DNA from: an uncultured Oscillospiraceae bacterium
GTDB taxonomy: Bacteria > Bacillota > Clostridia > Oscillospirales > Oscillospiraceae
Assembly: GCA_934573855.1 (NCBI GenBank)
Contig: CAKTMF010000009.1
Location: 12,762-76,761 of the forward strand
DNA: 64,000 nucleotides
Reading direction: 5' to 3'
Shown here: positions 46,474 through 56,756 of the stretch, piece after piece
Layout: each line of letters starts with the position of its first letter
Numbering within the stretch: the stretch's first letter is position 1
Program-made: the position numbers and the translations under genes
The notes under the pieces: model-generated
Told to the model about the DNA's origin: nothing
The model's database searches: none
The model's input: the letters and a program-made list of their open reading frames with translations, nothing else

Positions 46474-47751
46474 ATGGAGACCCAAACAAATAAGATCACC
46501 GCAAAGCAGTGGATGATAATCATCATCGCCGGCCTTGCGGGGCAGCTCTGCTGGAACATCGAAAACCAATGGTTCACGACCTTCGTGTACGCGAAGATCG
46601 CGCCCGACCCCGCGATAATTTCATGGATGGTGGCCGCGTCCGCCATCACCTCCGCTATCGCGACTATCTTCTTCGGCACCATAGGCGACCGGCTCGGCAA
46701 GCGCAAGCCGCTCATGGCCGCGGGCTACATCATCTGGGGCGTGACGGTCATCATCTTCGGCCTGACCGAGTTCATTTCCCACAGCAGGCTCGCTCTCGCC
46801 GCGGCCGCGGTCGTGGCTGCCGACTGCCTCATGACCTTTTTCGGGGCCATGGCTCACGACGCGGGCTATAACCCGTGGACTACGGACATCACCAACGAGC
46901 ATAACCGCGGGAAGCTCGGCGCCGTCATCGCCGTAATGCCCGTGGTGGCGACGATAATCGGCTCGCTGGTATTCGGCAATGTCATCGAGGCCATCGACTA
47001 CATGGCGTTCTTCATCCTCCTCGGCGCGGTAATGATCCTCCTCGGCCTCTTCTGCCTGTTCATGGTCAAGGACGCCCCCGACGTAAAGGCTTACCGCGAC
47101 GAGAAAGGCTTCTGGCACCAGATGTTCTCCTTCTTCCGCTTCACCATGGTCAGGAACAATAAGGTGCTGGGTTGGGTGCTGGCGACCTTCTCGGTGTATT
47201 TTATCGGCTTTAATATGTACTTCTCACACCTGACAAACTACTTTATCTATACCCAGGGCAACGCGCCCGGCATGGCGGGGATTATCGTCGGCGTGGGTCT
47301 CCTCATCGCGGCGCCCACCACCATGATCGCCGGTAAATTCATCGACAGGGACAGGCACACTCAGGTGCTTGTCGCGTCCGTGGCCGCGACGGCCGTTGGC
47401 CTCCCGCTGGTCGCCATGAAGGGAATGGCCGTCAACATGGTCGGCATGGTGTTTGTCGGCATCGGCTACATGTGTATCTTCCAGACCCTCATGGTCCTGC
47501 TGAAGAACCTGTTCCCCGAGCATCTGAGAGGGCAGTGCGAGGGACTGAGATGTATATTCTATATCCTCATCCCCATGTGTATCGGAACGCCCATCGGCTC
47601 TGCCATCATCAAGGGCAGCGGTATCGAGATCATCAACCAGTACGGCGAGAAGGGCTTCTCCGCAGACGGCACGCTCTTCATCATTGCCGCGGTCTGGACG
47701 CTGCTCACGCTCATACCCATCGCAATGTATAATAAGTCGCGCAAACAGTGA
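46474..47751 (+). CDS. MFS transporter (GPH/sugar-cation symporter-like)
   Basis: 12 TM helices and MFS signature G-x-x-x-D-R/K-x-G-R-R/K (GTIGDRLGKRK) in loop 2-3. gggagg RBS. Confidence 0.8.
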   Translation: METQTNKITAKQWMIIIIAGLAGQLCWNIENQWFTTFVYAKIAPDPAIISWMVAASAITSAIATIFFGTIGDRLGKRKPLMAAGYIIWGVTVIIFGLTEFISHSRLALAAAAVVAADCLMTFFGAMAHDAGYNPWTTDITNEHNRGKLGAVIAVMPVVATIIGSLVFGNVIEAIDYMAFFILLGAVMILLGLFCLFMVKDAPDVKAYRDEKGFWHQMFSFFRFTMVRNNKVLGWVLATFSVYFIGFNMYFSHLTNYFIYTQGNAPGMAGIIVGVGLLIAAPTTMIAGKFIDRDRHTQVLVASVAATAVGLPLVAMKGMAVNMVGMVFVGIGYMCIFQTLMVLLKNLFPEHLRGQCEGLRCIFYILIPMCIGTPIGSAIIKGSGIEIINQYGEKGFSADGTLFIIAAVWTLLTLIPIAMYNKSRKQ

Positions 47752-47828
47752 AATAACGGCGCCCCATCTGCCGGACAGGCAGGTGGGGCGCTGTTTACTC
47801 ATGTTTTCGCATGGACCCGACGGGAACG

Positions 47829-48641
47829 TCAGGCCTTTACCCTGTAGGAGGAGACATTGAGGACGGTCTCGCCGTCGATCTGGAGCGCGCAGGGTTCGTT
47901 GAAGCTGACCTCGAACTCACGGCCGGTAAGGACGGTGACCATCTTTTTATGTACCACATGGCCGCCGGTAAAAATACTCGGGAAGACTATGAGGGACTTG
48001 AGCTTGGACGGGCAGCTGTACACAACGGCGGAGAGCGTGTCGCCGTTCCTGTCCTGACCGGGGGCTATCATCATTCCGCCGCCGTAAAAACGGCCCTTCA
48101 TCGTAGGGGCGAGCCACACGTTTTTGAAGGAATACTCCTTGCCGTCGACCTTGAGGACCGCCTTTTTCTTCTTGAAGAAGAACAGAAGACCCTTTATCGC
48201 AATGACGGTGTAGTTTATCTTCGCGTTGGAGTCGGATTCTCTTATTTTGTCGGCCTCCTCGCAGCAATAGCCGTCAATGCCGTAGCCGATACCGTTGATG
48301 AACTTCTTTTCAAGGCCGTTGACGTACACGGTGGGGAGATTTTTGATGTAGCCGTTGAGGAGTATCTCGCGGCCGTCATGCTCGTTGAGGTCGTTCATGA
48401 AGTCGTTGCCGCTGCCGGAGGGCTTGAGGTAGACCTTGTTTTTGATGCTGTCGGTGTCGACGGCGTTGATGAAGTAATTGAGCGTGCCGTCCCCGCCGAC
48501 AAAGACTACCTCGTCCTCCTCCGCGAGAGAATCAAAGAACTTCTGATAGTCGAGACCTATCACGTCGATGTACTCCACGCCATCGAGAAAGTCGGGCTTT
48601 ATGCCGTTGTTCGCCCGGGGGTTGTATAAAATATATCTCAT
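47829..48641 (-). CDS. diacylglycerol/lipid kinase family protein (DAGK_cat, YegS/BmrU-like)
   Basis: GGDGT motif and NGxG region. aaggaaggagg RBS. Confidence 0.75.
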   Translation of the reverse strand: MRYILYNPRANNGIKPDFLDGVEYIDVIGLDYQKFFDSLAEEDEVVFVGGDGTLNYFINAVDTDSIKNKVYLKPSGSGNDFMNDLNEHDGREILLNGYIKNLPTVYVNGLEKKFINGIGYGIDGYCCEEADKIRESDSNAKINYTVIAIKGLLFFFKKKKAVLKVDGKEYSFKNVWLAPTMKGRFYGGGMMIAPGQDRNGDTLSAVVYSCPSKLKSLIVFPSIFTGGHVVHKKMVTVLTGREFEVSFNEPCALQIDGETVLNVSSYRVKA

Positions 48642-48656
48642 AAGAAGCCTCCTTCC

Positions 48657-49340
48657 TTATGCCAGCAACATGAATCCGAGCGCGATAAGAAACTCGCCGA
48701 CAGAGTAGGTGAGCATGACGGTGAAATGCGACTTGATGGGGAATTTCTTATCGAAGCGGACGAAGAACAGCGTGCAGTCGGAAATAAAGAACAGCAGCGC
48801 GCCAATGCCGGTGATGAGGCCGCAGAGGGTGGAGCAGGAGCCGCTGAGCAGTCTGAACCACGCGAAGCAGTTCATCGCGCCGTTGGTGAGCAGATACGCG
48901 AACATAGGATAGAACAGCCCCTTTGGGAGGCTGGGCCTGAGCTTTGAGAACACCAGACACACCGTGACGGCGTAGACGAGAGAGACAAGCACGATAACAA
49001 CCGGGTTTATCACGCTGAACACGATACCGGACTCGTTATAGGCAAATATGAACAGCAGGTGCGAGAGCAAAAAGGCCACGCCGCCGGAGGAGAACCACTT
49101 CACCCCGTCGGGGATGAGCAGCATATCGCCCAGCCAGCTCATTACAAATGCAAAAACGACGAGCGCGGAGGGATCCGCCCCCACAAAGTGTACATACTCG
49201 AGATACATACCGAGGATCGCAAGAAGGATAACGGGCTTTGTCGCCATTCTGAGGCTTGCACGCCCGATCCTGCTGGCGTACAGGTGGACGCCGGTGAACA
49301 CAAGGAAGATCGCGAGGTACAGAAAAACAATGTAGGGCAT
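48657..49340 (-). CDS. YhhN-family lysoplasmalogenase-like membrane protein
   Basis: 8-TM YhhN/TMEM86 topology, ggagga RBS. Confidence 0.65.
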   Translation of the reverse strand: MPYIVFLYLAIFLVFTGVHLYASRIGRASLRMATKPVILLAILGMYLEYVHFVGADPSALVVFAFVMSWLGDMLLIPDGVKWFSSGGVAFLLSHLLFIFAYNESGIVFSVINPVVIVLVSLVYAVTVCLVFSKLRPSLPKGLFYPMFAYLLTNGAMNCFAWFRLLSGSCSTLCGLITGIGALLFFISDCTLFFVRFDKKFPIKSHFTVMLTYSVGEFLIALGFMLLA

Positions 49341-49450
49341 ACTTTTCCTCCAAAATATTAATTAAAAATTTACAATTTGATTATATCATGCGTATTGCGT
49401 CAAATCAAGCGCGAAATATGCGTATTATTCGCGCTTCGCCATTTGATAAG

Positions 49451-49461
49451 TTATGTAAACC
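49451..49461 (+). repeat. TTATGTAAACC motif copy in the divergent yhhN/tmk promoter region, next to a gcgcgaa...ttcgcgc hairpin
   Basis: Exact core. Confidence 0.9.
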
Positions 49462-49596
49462 AATAGCGGCACTATACAAATTTGACCGGGGGACAGGCTT
49501 GTAAAAAAACGAAAACTGTTATATCATGATGAGCAGAGTTTTATCTCGGCTCCGGCGCGCGAGCGCCATACTTCACGGAAAAGGCGGGAAGAGACG

Positions 49597-50286
49597 GTGA
49601 AAGGAAGGCTTATCGTAATAGAAGGGCTGGACGGCAGCGGGAAGGCTACTCAGACCGGACTGCTGTGCGAGGCGCTGGAAAAAAGAGGCGCCGCTGTCAG
49701 AAAGGTGTCCTTTCCCGACTACTCGTCTGACTCCTCCGCGCTGGTTAAAATGTATCTCAACGGCGAATTCGGGCATGATCCGGCCTCGGTCAACGCCTAC
49801 GCGGCGTCGACATTTTATGCCGTCGACCGTTACGCCTCATATAAAAAGGACTGGGGCGGCTTCTACGAGGCGGGGGGCGTCATACTTGCCGACCGCTACA
49901 CGACCTCCAACGCGGTACACCAGTGCTGCAAGCTCCCGGAGGAGGAGTGGGACGCGTACCTGAGCTGGCTTTTTGACTTTGAGTACAGGCTGATGGGCAT
50001 TCCCGCGCCGTATATGGTGATCTACCTTCAGGTCGACGTGGACGAGAGCCAGCAGCTGATGAGCGGCAGATATGCCGGACACGAGGAAAAGAAGGACATA
50101 CACGAGAGCAACGTCGCCTACCTCAACCGTGCGCGGCGGGCGGCGGATTACTGCGGCAAGGCTCTCGGCTGGGAGACCGTGAGGTGCTGCCGCGATGGGA
50201 CGCTCAGGGCGGTGGAGGATATCCACGCCGAAATAATGTCGCTCGTGGAGGGCCTTGACCGGATGGGGGAGAGCGATGAAGGCTGA
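49597..50286 (+). CDS. thymidylate kinase family protein (dTMP kinase-like P-loop NMP kinase)
   Basis: IVIEGLDGSGKATQ P-loop and DRY motif context. GTG start. Confidence 0.65.
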   Translation: MKGRLIVIEGLDGSGKATQTGLLCEALEKRGAAVRKVSFPDYSSDSSALVKMYLNGEFGHDPASVNAYAASTFYAVDRYASYKKDWGGFYEAGGVILADRYTTSNAVHQCCKLPEEEWDAYLSWLFDFEYRLMGIPAPYMVIYLQVDVDESQQLMSGRYAGHEEKKDIHESNVAYLNRARRAADYCGKALGWETVRCCRDGTLRAVEDIHAEIMSLVEGLDRMGESDEG

Positions 50287-50506
50287 CTCAATATTCCGCA
50301 GAGCGCGAAAGAGCGCGGAATACGGCTGCGACGAGGCCCTCGCGCAGATAAAAGAGGGGAGCGCCTACGCCGCGGAGCATGATTATGACCCTGATATGCT
50401 CCACTGCAAGGGCTGTATCTACGCCTGCGCGTTTTCAAAGGCACGCTGCGATACCGGAAGGAAAGCCGTCCCTGTCCTGGCGGCCAAGAAGAATAGTAAA
50501 ATGTAA
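50276..50506 (+). CDS. small Cys-rich hypothetical protein (76 aa), translationally coupled to the upstream gene
   Basis: ATGA overlap with the upstream stop. CDEAL...HCKGCIYACAFSKARC cysteine pattern. The stop codon lies inside a motif copy. Confidence 0.35.
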   Translation: MKADSIFRRARKSAEYGCDEALAQIKEGSAYAAEHDYDPDMLHCKGCIYACAFSKARCDTGRKAVPVLAAKKNSKM

Positions 50507-50526
50507 ACCAAATTATGTTAACATTA
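50501..50526 (+). repeat. ATGTAAACC copy followed by the T-variant ATTATGTTAACATTA (near-palindrome), then the hairpin atcatgaccg-N14-cggtcatgat (50526-50559)
   Basis: Seen directly, upstream of the sbcD promoter. Confidence 0.85.
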
Positions 50527-50567
50527 TCATGACCGAAGTCCTACGGCTCCGGTCATGATCTTATCTG

Positions 50568-50595
50568 TTGTAAAAAAGCGGACAGATGATATAAT
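50568..50595 (+). promoter_or_regulatory. sigma-A promoter ttgtaa-16-tataat for sbcDC
   Basis: Hexamers seen directly. Confidence 0.55.
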
Positions 50596-50625
50596 TAGAA
50601 AAAAGCACTCTGACAGGAGCTTAAA

Positions 50626-51759
50626 ATGAAGCTGATACATTTATCCGATCTCCATCTCGGCAAGCGCGTGAACGAGTATTCCATGCTCGAGGATCAGCGC
50701 CATATCCTCGCCGCGATAGTCGGGATCATTAAGGACGAAAGCCCCGACGGCGTTATCCTCGCGGGCGACATATATGACAAGGCCGTTCCCCCGGCGGAGG
50801 CGGTCGGGCTGTTCGACGATTTCCTCGTGACCGTTTCGGCGCTCGCTCCCGTGTTCGTCATCAGCGGCAACCACGACTCGCCGGAGAGGATAGCCTTTGC
50901 CTCACGCATAATGGAGCATGGGGGCATATACCTCTCCCCCGTGTATGACGGGGAGGCGAAGCGGGTGACGCTCCGCGACGGATACGGCGAGGCGGACATA
51001 TGGCTCCTGCCGTTCATAAAGCCCGCGCATGTGCGCCGCGCCTTCCCCGGCGAGGAGATAAACAGCTATACCGATGCCGTCCGCGCGGCGGTCGGGCATA
51101 TGGACATTGACCCCTCCCGGCGGAATGTGCTGGTAACGCATCAGTTCGTCACCGGCGCGAGCCGAAGCGACTCCGAGGAGATATCCGTCGGCGGCGCGGA
51201 CAACGTGGACGCGGCGGTATTTGGGGCGTTTGACTACGTCGCGCTCGGGCATATCCATTCGCCCCAGAACTGCGGAGCGAGGATACGCTATTGCGGCACC
51301 CCGCTCAAATATTCCTTCTCCGAGGCAAAGGACGTCAAGTCCGTGACGGTGACCGAGCTGGGCGAAAAGGGGAGCCTTACGCTCAGAACAGTACCGCTCA
51401 GACCCCTGCGCGACATGATCGAGCTGCGGGGGAGCTATGCGGAGCTTACCTCGCGCGCGTTCTACGCCGGCACCCCGTGGCAGGAGGACTATACTCACAT
51501 CACCCTCACCGACGAGGATGACGTCCCCGAGGCGCTGGGAAAGCTCAGAGCCGTATATCATAATCTGATGAAGCTCGACTACGATAATTCCCGCACGCGC
51601 ACAAATTCCGAGATAAAGGCCGACGCCGGGGCGGAGCGGAAGTCCCCCGCAGAGCTTTTTTCGGACTTTTACGCCTTGCAGAATAACGGCGGCATGAGCG
51701 CCGAGCAGGAAGAGTATATGCTCAGGCTCATAGAAAAAACGTGGGAGGCGGAGGCATGA
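50626..51759 (+). CDS. sbcD: exonuclease SbcCD subunit D (Mre11-type nuclease)
   Basis: Calcineurin-like phosphoesterase motifs (HLSDLHLG, GDIYD, GNHD). Confidence 0.85.
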   Translation: MKLIHLSDLHLGKRVNEYSMLEDQRHILAAIVGIIKDESPDGVILAGDIYDKAVPPAEAVGLFDDFLVTVSALAPVFVISGNHDSPERIAFASRIMEHGGIYLSPVYDGEAKRVTLRDGYGEADIWLLPFIKPAHVRRAFPGEEINSYTDAVRAAVGHMDIDPSRRNVLVTHQFVTGASRSDSEEISVGGADNVDAAVFGAFDYVALGHIHSPQNCGARIRYCGTPLKYSFSEAKDVKSVTVTELGEKGSLTLRTVPLRPLRDMIELRGSYAELTSRAFYAGTPWQEDYTHITLTDEDDVPEALGKLRAVYHNLMKLDYDNSRTRTNSEIKADAGAERKSPAELFSDFYALQNNGGMSAEQEEYMLRLIEKTWEAEA

Positions 51760-54700
51760 GACCGATAAAACTTACGCTCTCCGCGTTCGGCCCCTACGCG
51801 GGGAGGACGGTGCTGGAGCTTGACAGGCTTGGCGAGAGCGGGCTGTATCTCATCACCGGCGATACCGGCGCGGGAAAAACGACCATTTTCGACGCCATAA
51901 CCTACGCGCTCTACGGCGAGGCAAGCGGCGACAGCCGCGACCCGGGAATGCTTCGCTCAAAATACGCCTCTCCCGACACCCCGACCGAGGTCGAGCTTGT
52001 TTTTTCAAGCGGCGGAAAGGTCTATACCGTCCGCCGTAACCCTGAGTATCAGCGTCCAAAGACCCGCGGTGAGGGCTTCACCCTGCGCCGAGCCGAGGCG
52101 GAGCTTATCTGCCCGGACGGACGCGTCGTGACAAAAACCAAGGACGTCACCGACGCCGTGCGCGGTATCCTCGGCATAGACCGCAGACAGTTTTTACAGA
52201 TAGCGATGATAGCGCAGGGCGATTTCCTGAAGCTCCTTCTTGCGCCCACCGAGGAGCGTAAGGCGATATTCCGCCAGCTCTTCAAGACGGAGCCGTACCG
52301 CCGGCTTCAGGACGAGCTGAGGACGAAGACCGCCGCGCTCAGCCGCCGGTGCGCCGAGATCGGCGCAAGCGTCAGGCAGTACACGGACGAGATAGACTGC
52401 GCCGCTGAAAGCCCCCTGTACGAGGAGCTGACCGAGGCAAAGGCCGGGCGCATGCCGGCAGGCGAGACGCTTGGACTCATCGCGCGCGTGATCGGGCAGG
52501 ATGAGCGCCTATCGGATGAAATGAGCCGCGAGATAGACACCCTTGAGGAGCGGCTCAGAGATATACACGCCCGCCTGCGTGAGAACGAGAAGAATGAAAG
52601 ACTTCGTGAGGGACTTGCGGCAAAGCTCGCGGAGCTTGAGGAGAAAAAGGGCGGGCTTGAGCGCTCGTCGGCCGCGCTGAAGGCGGAGCGGGACAAGCGG
52701 CCGCGCGCGGCGGAATACGCCGCTGAGCTGGCGCTTCTGGAGAGCAGGTCCGGCGAGTACGAAAAGCTTGCGGAGCTGAACGGAGATATACATAAGCTCT
52801 CGGCGCAGCTCGATTCCGATACCGGGGAGCTGCGCAGGACCGACTCCGCCATTGCGGAGAGACGTGAGAGCGCGGCGCGGCTGCGCACAGAGGGGCAGGA
52901 GCTTGCCTCCGCGGGCGAGGATGTCCAGCGCCTGAGCGCGGAGAGAGACAGAGCCGAGGCGGAGCGGGAAATGCTCAGCGAATATCTCGCCTGCCGGGAA
53001 CGGCTCGACGGGGCGGAGAACGCCCTGAACGCCGCGCGCGAGGCTTACGAGGCACTCAGGCCGAAAGAGGACGAGCTTGAAGAGCTTAAGACGGAGACGG
53101 CAAAGCTTGAAGCGGAGCTTCCGTCCTACGCGGAGCTTGAGAATATCACGGCCGGAGCGAACACGTCGAAGGAAAGGCTCCGCGCCGCCGAAACCGCCCT
53201 TGAGCTGAAAAAGCGGGAATACGAGTCGGCCGGGACCCGCCTTGCCGCGTGCAGGGCTGAGCTTGACGCGCTCAAAAACGCCGCGGCAGATGTGGAAAGG
53301 CTCACGCGTGAGAAGGAGACGGCGGAGCGACGCCTATCGGCCCTGCAAAAGCTTGAGGAGGACGCTGCGGAGCTTGACGGGCTTGCCGTGCTGCTCGAGA
53401 AAAAACAGGCCGGCTTCCTGCTCGCCGGTAAAACGGCGGATGAGCTGCAAATAGATTATGTAAACCTAAATAAGGCTTTCCTCGCGGCGCAGGCCGGAGT
53501 CCTTGCCTCCGCGCTCCACGATAACGAGCCGTGTCCCGTATGCGGCTCCCTGAGCCATCCGCACCCGGCCGCGATCCCTGCGGAAGCGCCGGGCGAGGAC
53601 GAGCTGAACGCCCTGAGGGACGAGAGCGCCGCGGCACAGGAGGAGCTGCGCCGGATAAGCGCGGAGTGCGCCGCCGTTAGAACACGAAAGGACGCCAAGG
53701 AGAGCGCGCTGAATGCCGCCCTCGCGGATATCGCCGCCGTGCGTGAGGATGTCCCGCGGCTCACCGCCGAAACAGAGAGAGCGATACACGCTCTTTCCGA
53801 GCGGATAAGCGCCGCGAACGCAAGGGACGAACGCCGTCAGGAACTCGCCGCCGGGCTTCCCGCGCTTGAGGAGAGAGCGGCCGCGCTCGCAGCGGAGCAG
53901 GGCGAGCTTGAAAAGACCCGTGCGGCCGAAAGCGCGTCGCTTGCCGCACTTGATGAGCGCCGTGCCGCGCTGTGCGGGCGTCTGCGCTGTGCAAACGGTG
54001 ATGAGGCGCGGCGTGAGCTTCGCGCCCTGAACGACGGGCGTGACCGGCTCACTAAAACGCTTGCCGCCGCGCAGGAGGCGTTCGATTCCTGCCGTGACGG
54101 CTATACCGCTGCCTCCTCCGCCTGTACACAGGCAGAAAGACGTCTGCGCGCGGGGCTTGTGACGGATGCGGACGCAGACGCTTTCAGGCCCGCCGCGACA
54201 GAGCTGCACAGAAAAACGCTTGAGAAAATAAGCGCTCTTGCGCGTGATATTGCCGCCGCGGAGGAAAGGGCCGTGCGTAAGGCCGGGACCGAAAAGCTCC
54301 TGCGTGAGACGGAGGAGGAGCTGAGTACGCTCTCCGGGACAAGGGAAGCGCTGAGCGGAGCCGTGCAGTTCAACTCCTCGCGGCTCGCCGAAATGCGCCG
54401 CCGCGTACAGGAGCTGGCCTCCTCGCTGCCGTTCCCGGACGGCGGGTCCGCACGGGCAAGAGCGAAAGAGCTTGCCTCCCTGACCGAGAGCATGAAGGCC
54501 GATCTGGAGCGTGCCGAGCGCGAGCATGGGCAGCTTGAAAGGGCGGTGTCCGCGCTCTCGGGCGAGACGGACGGACTGATAGCACAGCTCGCGGACGCGC
54601 CGGAGCTTGACGCGGCGGCGGAGACGGCAGAGCGGGAGCGCACGGAGACCTTGCGCGCGGAGCTGAGACAAAAAAAGCAGACCGTCGACAGCCGTATCCA

Positions 54701-55316
54701 TTCAAACCGCGCGGCGGCGGAGAGCATAAGCGAGCGCCTGAGCGAGCTTGAGCGGCTCGAGCGGCGGTTGAGCTGGATGAAGTCGCTCTCGGACACCGCG
54801 AACGGCACGATAAACGGCAAGGAAAAGGTCGCGCTCGAGACCTATGTCCAGATGACCTTCTTCGACCGTATCATCGCGCGCGCGAACATCCGCTTCATGG
54901 TCATGTCCGGCGGACAGTATGAGCTGAAGCGCCGCGCCGACGCCGGTGATTACAGAAGTCAGAGCGGCCTTGAGCTGGATGTTGTCGACCACTATAACGG
55001 CTCCGAGCGCAGCGTAAAGACCCTCTCCGGCGGCGAGTCGTTCAAGGCGTCGCTCTCGCTTGCGCTGGGGCTTGCGGATGAGATACAGTCCTCCGCCGGC
55101 GGCGTTCGCCTCGAGACGATGTTCGTGGACGAGGGCTTCGGCTCGCTGGACGAGGAGTCCCTTGACCAGGCGATACGCGCCCTCGGCGGTCTCACGGAGG
55201 GGAACCGCCTTGTGGGTATCATCTCACATGTTGGCGAACTCAAGGAGCGTATCGACAAGCAGATAGTCGTCACCAAGGAACGGACCGGCGGCAGCAAAGT
55301 AAAGATAATTGCATAA
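51756..55316 (+). CDS. sbcC: exonuclease SbcCD subunit C (Rad50/SMC-like ATPase)
   Basis: N-terminal Walker A GDTGAGKTT, long coiled coil with a central CPVCG zinc hook, C-terminal LSGGE signature and Walker B. Confidence 0.85.
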   Translation: MRPIKLTLSAFGPYAGRTVLELDRLGESGLYLITGDTGAGKTTIFDAITYALYGEASGDSRDPGMLRSKYASPDTPTEVELVFSSGGKVYTVRRNPEYQRPKTRGEGFTLRRAEAELICPDGRVVTKTKDVTDAVRGILGIDRRQFLQIAMIAQGDFLKLLLAPTEERKAIFRQLFKTEPYRRLQDELRTKTAALSRRCAEIGASVRQYTDEIDCAAESPLYEELTEAKAGRMPAGETLGLIARVIGQDERLSDEMSREIDTLEERLRDIHARLRENEKNERLREGLAAKLAELEEKKGGLERSSAALKAERDKRPRAAEYAAELALLESRSGEYEKLAELNGDIHKLSAQLDSDTGELRRTDSAIAERRESAARLRTEGQELASAGEDVQRLSAERDRAEAEREMLSEYLACRERLDGAENALNAAREAYEALRPKEDELEELKTETAKLEAELPSYAELENITAGANTSKERLRAAETALELKKREYESAGTRLAACRAELDALKNAAADVERLTREKETAERRLSALQKLEEDAAELDGLAVLLEKKQAGFLLAGKTADELQIDYVNLNKAFLAAQAGVLASALHDNEPCPVCGSLSHPHPAAIPAEAPGEDELNALRDESAAAQEELRRISAECAAVRTRKDAKESALNAALADIAAVREDVPRLTAETERAIHALSERISAANARDERRQELAAGLPALEERAAALAAEQGELEKTRAAESASLAALDERRAALCGRLRCANGDEARRELRALNDGRDRLTKTLAAAQEAFDSCRDGYTAASSACTQAERRLRAGLVTDADADAFRPAATELHRKTLEKISALARDIAAAEERAVRKAGTEKLLRETEEELSTLSGTREALSGAVQFNSSRLAEMRRRVQELASSLPFPDGGSARARAKELASLTESMKADLERAEREHGQLERAVSALSGETDGLIAQLADAPELDAAAETAERERTETLRAELRQKKQTVDSRIHSNRAAAESISERLSELERLERRLSWMKSLSDTANGTINGKEKVALETYVQMTFFDRIIARANIRFMVMSGGQYELKRRADAGDYRSQSGLELDVVDHYNGSERSVKTLSGGESFKASLSLALGLADEIQSSAGGVRLETMFVDEGFGSLDEESLDQAIRALGGLTEGNRLVGIISHVGELKERIDKQIVVTKERTGGSKVKIIA
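53456..53466 (+). repeat. TTATGTAAACC motif copy inside sbcC (encodes D-Y-V-N-L), about 70 bp upstream of the zinc-hook codons
   Basis: Exact core. Confidence 0.9.
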
Positions 55317-55352
55317 AAAATGACCTTGCTGAAAAGCAAGGTCATTTGATTT
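55317..55352. terminator. bidirectional terminator (aatgaccttgc-tgaaaa-gcaaggtcatt + tgatttt) between sbcC and capA
   Basis: Perfect 11-bp inverted repeat. Confidence 0.65.
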
Positions 55353-55363
55353 TCTGCCGGTCA

Positions 55364-56581
55364 TCAGCCGCCGAGGCTCGCGTACCAGTTGGAGTAGTCC
55401 GCGCCCTGACTGTCGGGGACAAAGCTGCCGTCCAGCTTTGAGAGGACGCGGGCGTAGCCCTCGCAGTCCTTGGGATAGGGGGTGGGGCGGTAGTCGTTGT
55501 AGTTCTGCGACTTCTTCATCGCGCCCTCGATGTTGCTGCTGACGCAGCAGGGGATGGTGTCGTAGCTTTCGGTGCTGATCGTGCCGTCAACATCGCGCTT
55601 TATATGCACCTGTACGAGTACGGTGTCGGGGTCGGACGGCGTGGTATGGCCGCCGAAGGTCCAGTTGCCGAGAGAGTAGAAGATGGGAACTCCGTTATAC
55701 TCCTCAATGGGCTGGAGACAGTGCGAGTGGCTGCCGTAGATGAGATCCGCCCCGGCGTCGACGCAGGCGTGCGCAAGCTCGATCTGATAATCAAAGGGCT
55801 TATAATACAGCTCGTTGCCCCAGTGGAACATGCATATCACATATTCCGCGCCCTGCTCGCGCAGAGACTTTATCGCGGCCACCGCCGTGTCGGTCTTCCA
55901 GTCGGGGCGCATGTTCACGCCCGCGGTGTATATGCCGAGCTTCAGACCGCTCTCGGTCGTGACGAGCTGCGCCTGACACTCCGCACCGTAGGGGAGGCCG
56001 TATTCCTCGAGCGCCGCCTTTGTGGACTCGAGACCCTTTTCGTAGCAGTCCATGATATGGTTGTTCGCGATGGTCACGAAGTCAACGCCGCCCTCTGTCA
56101 TGATGGTGACATAGTCGGTCGGGGCGAGGAAGGCGAACGTCGCCCATTTGTAGTCCACGGTCAGCTGCTTGTCCGAAAGTATACACTCGAGATTCGCGAG
56201 CGTGTAGTCGTCCGTGCCGGTGTACTGTATGGTATTGGAAAACGGGTAGGTCGGGTCGCCGTTTATGACCCCGGCGTAGCCCGCGGGATGGTTCGCGTAG
56301 TTCTTGTTCGACCAGAGCGTGCAGTCGCCCACCATAGAGATCGTGAAGTATTCCGGCTCAGCCTCCGGTGTGGGCTCGGGCGTAGGCTCCGGCGTCGTCT
56401 CGGGGGAGGCGGTGTTCTGCACCATCTCCACGGGTGCGGCGGGGACCTCCGCCGGATCGTTCTCCTTCGCGGCGTCCTGCGTCGCACGGAAGAACAGCGT
56501 CACTGCCAGCAGCGCAAAGGTGATCATCATTACCGTGACCTTCAGGCCGGTATTATCTTTTTTCCTCTTCTTCTGGTTCAT
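55364..56581 (-). CDS. CapA family protein (poly-gamma-glutamate biosynthesis / metallophosphatase-like), membrane-anchored with a Pro/Glu/Thr-rich linker
   Basis: N-terminal TM helix, PGA_cap domain similarity including histidines in the GSHSH motif. Confidence 0.7.
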   Translation of the reverse strand: MNQKKRKKDNTGLKVTVMMITFALLAVTLFFRATQDAAKENDPAEVPAAPVEMVQNTASPETTPEPTPEPTPEAEPEYFTISMVGDCTLWSNKNYANHPAGYAGVINGDPTYPFSNTIQYTGTDDYTLANLECILSDKQLTVDYKWATFAFLAPTDYVTIMTEGGVDFVTIANNHIMDCYEKGLESTKAALEEYGLPYGAECQAQLVTTESGLKLGIYTAGVNMRPDWKTDTAVAAIKSLREQGAEYVICMFHWGNELYYKPFDYQIELAHACVDAGADLIYGSHSHCLQPIEEYNGVPIFYSLGNWTFGGHTTPSDPDTVLVQVHIKRDVDGTISTESYDTIPCCVSSNIEGAMKKSQNYNDYRPTPYPKDCEGYARVLSKLDGSFVPDSQGADYSNWYASLGG

Positions 56582-56756
56582 TTCGCAAAGACCTCACACA
56601 TATATAGCTCGTATATTATAGTTAACTTTGTCGTATAAAGCAAGAGCGGAGATGATAATTAATAAATCCTCAGATATAAAAAGGCAAAAATACACTTTTA
56701 TTTTACACCGCGTCAATGTATAATAAACCGAGATATACAAGAGGAGCGGTGTACAT

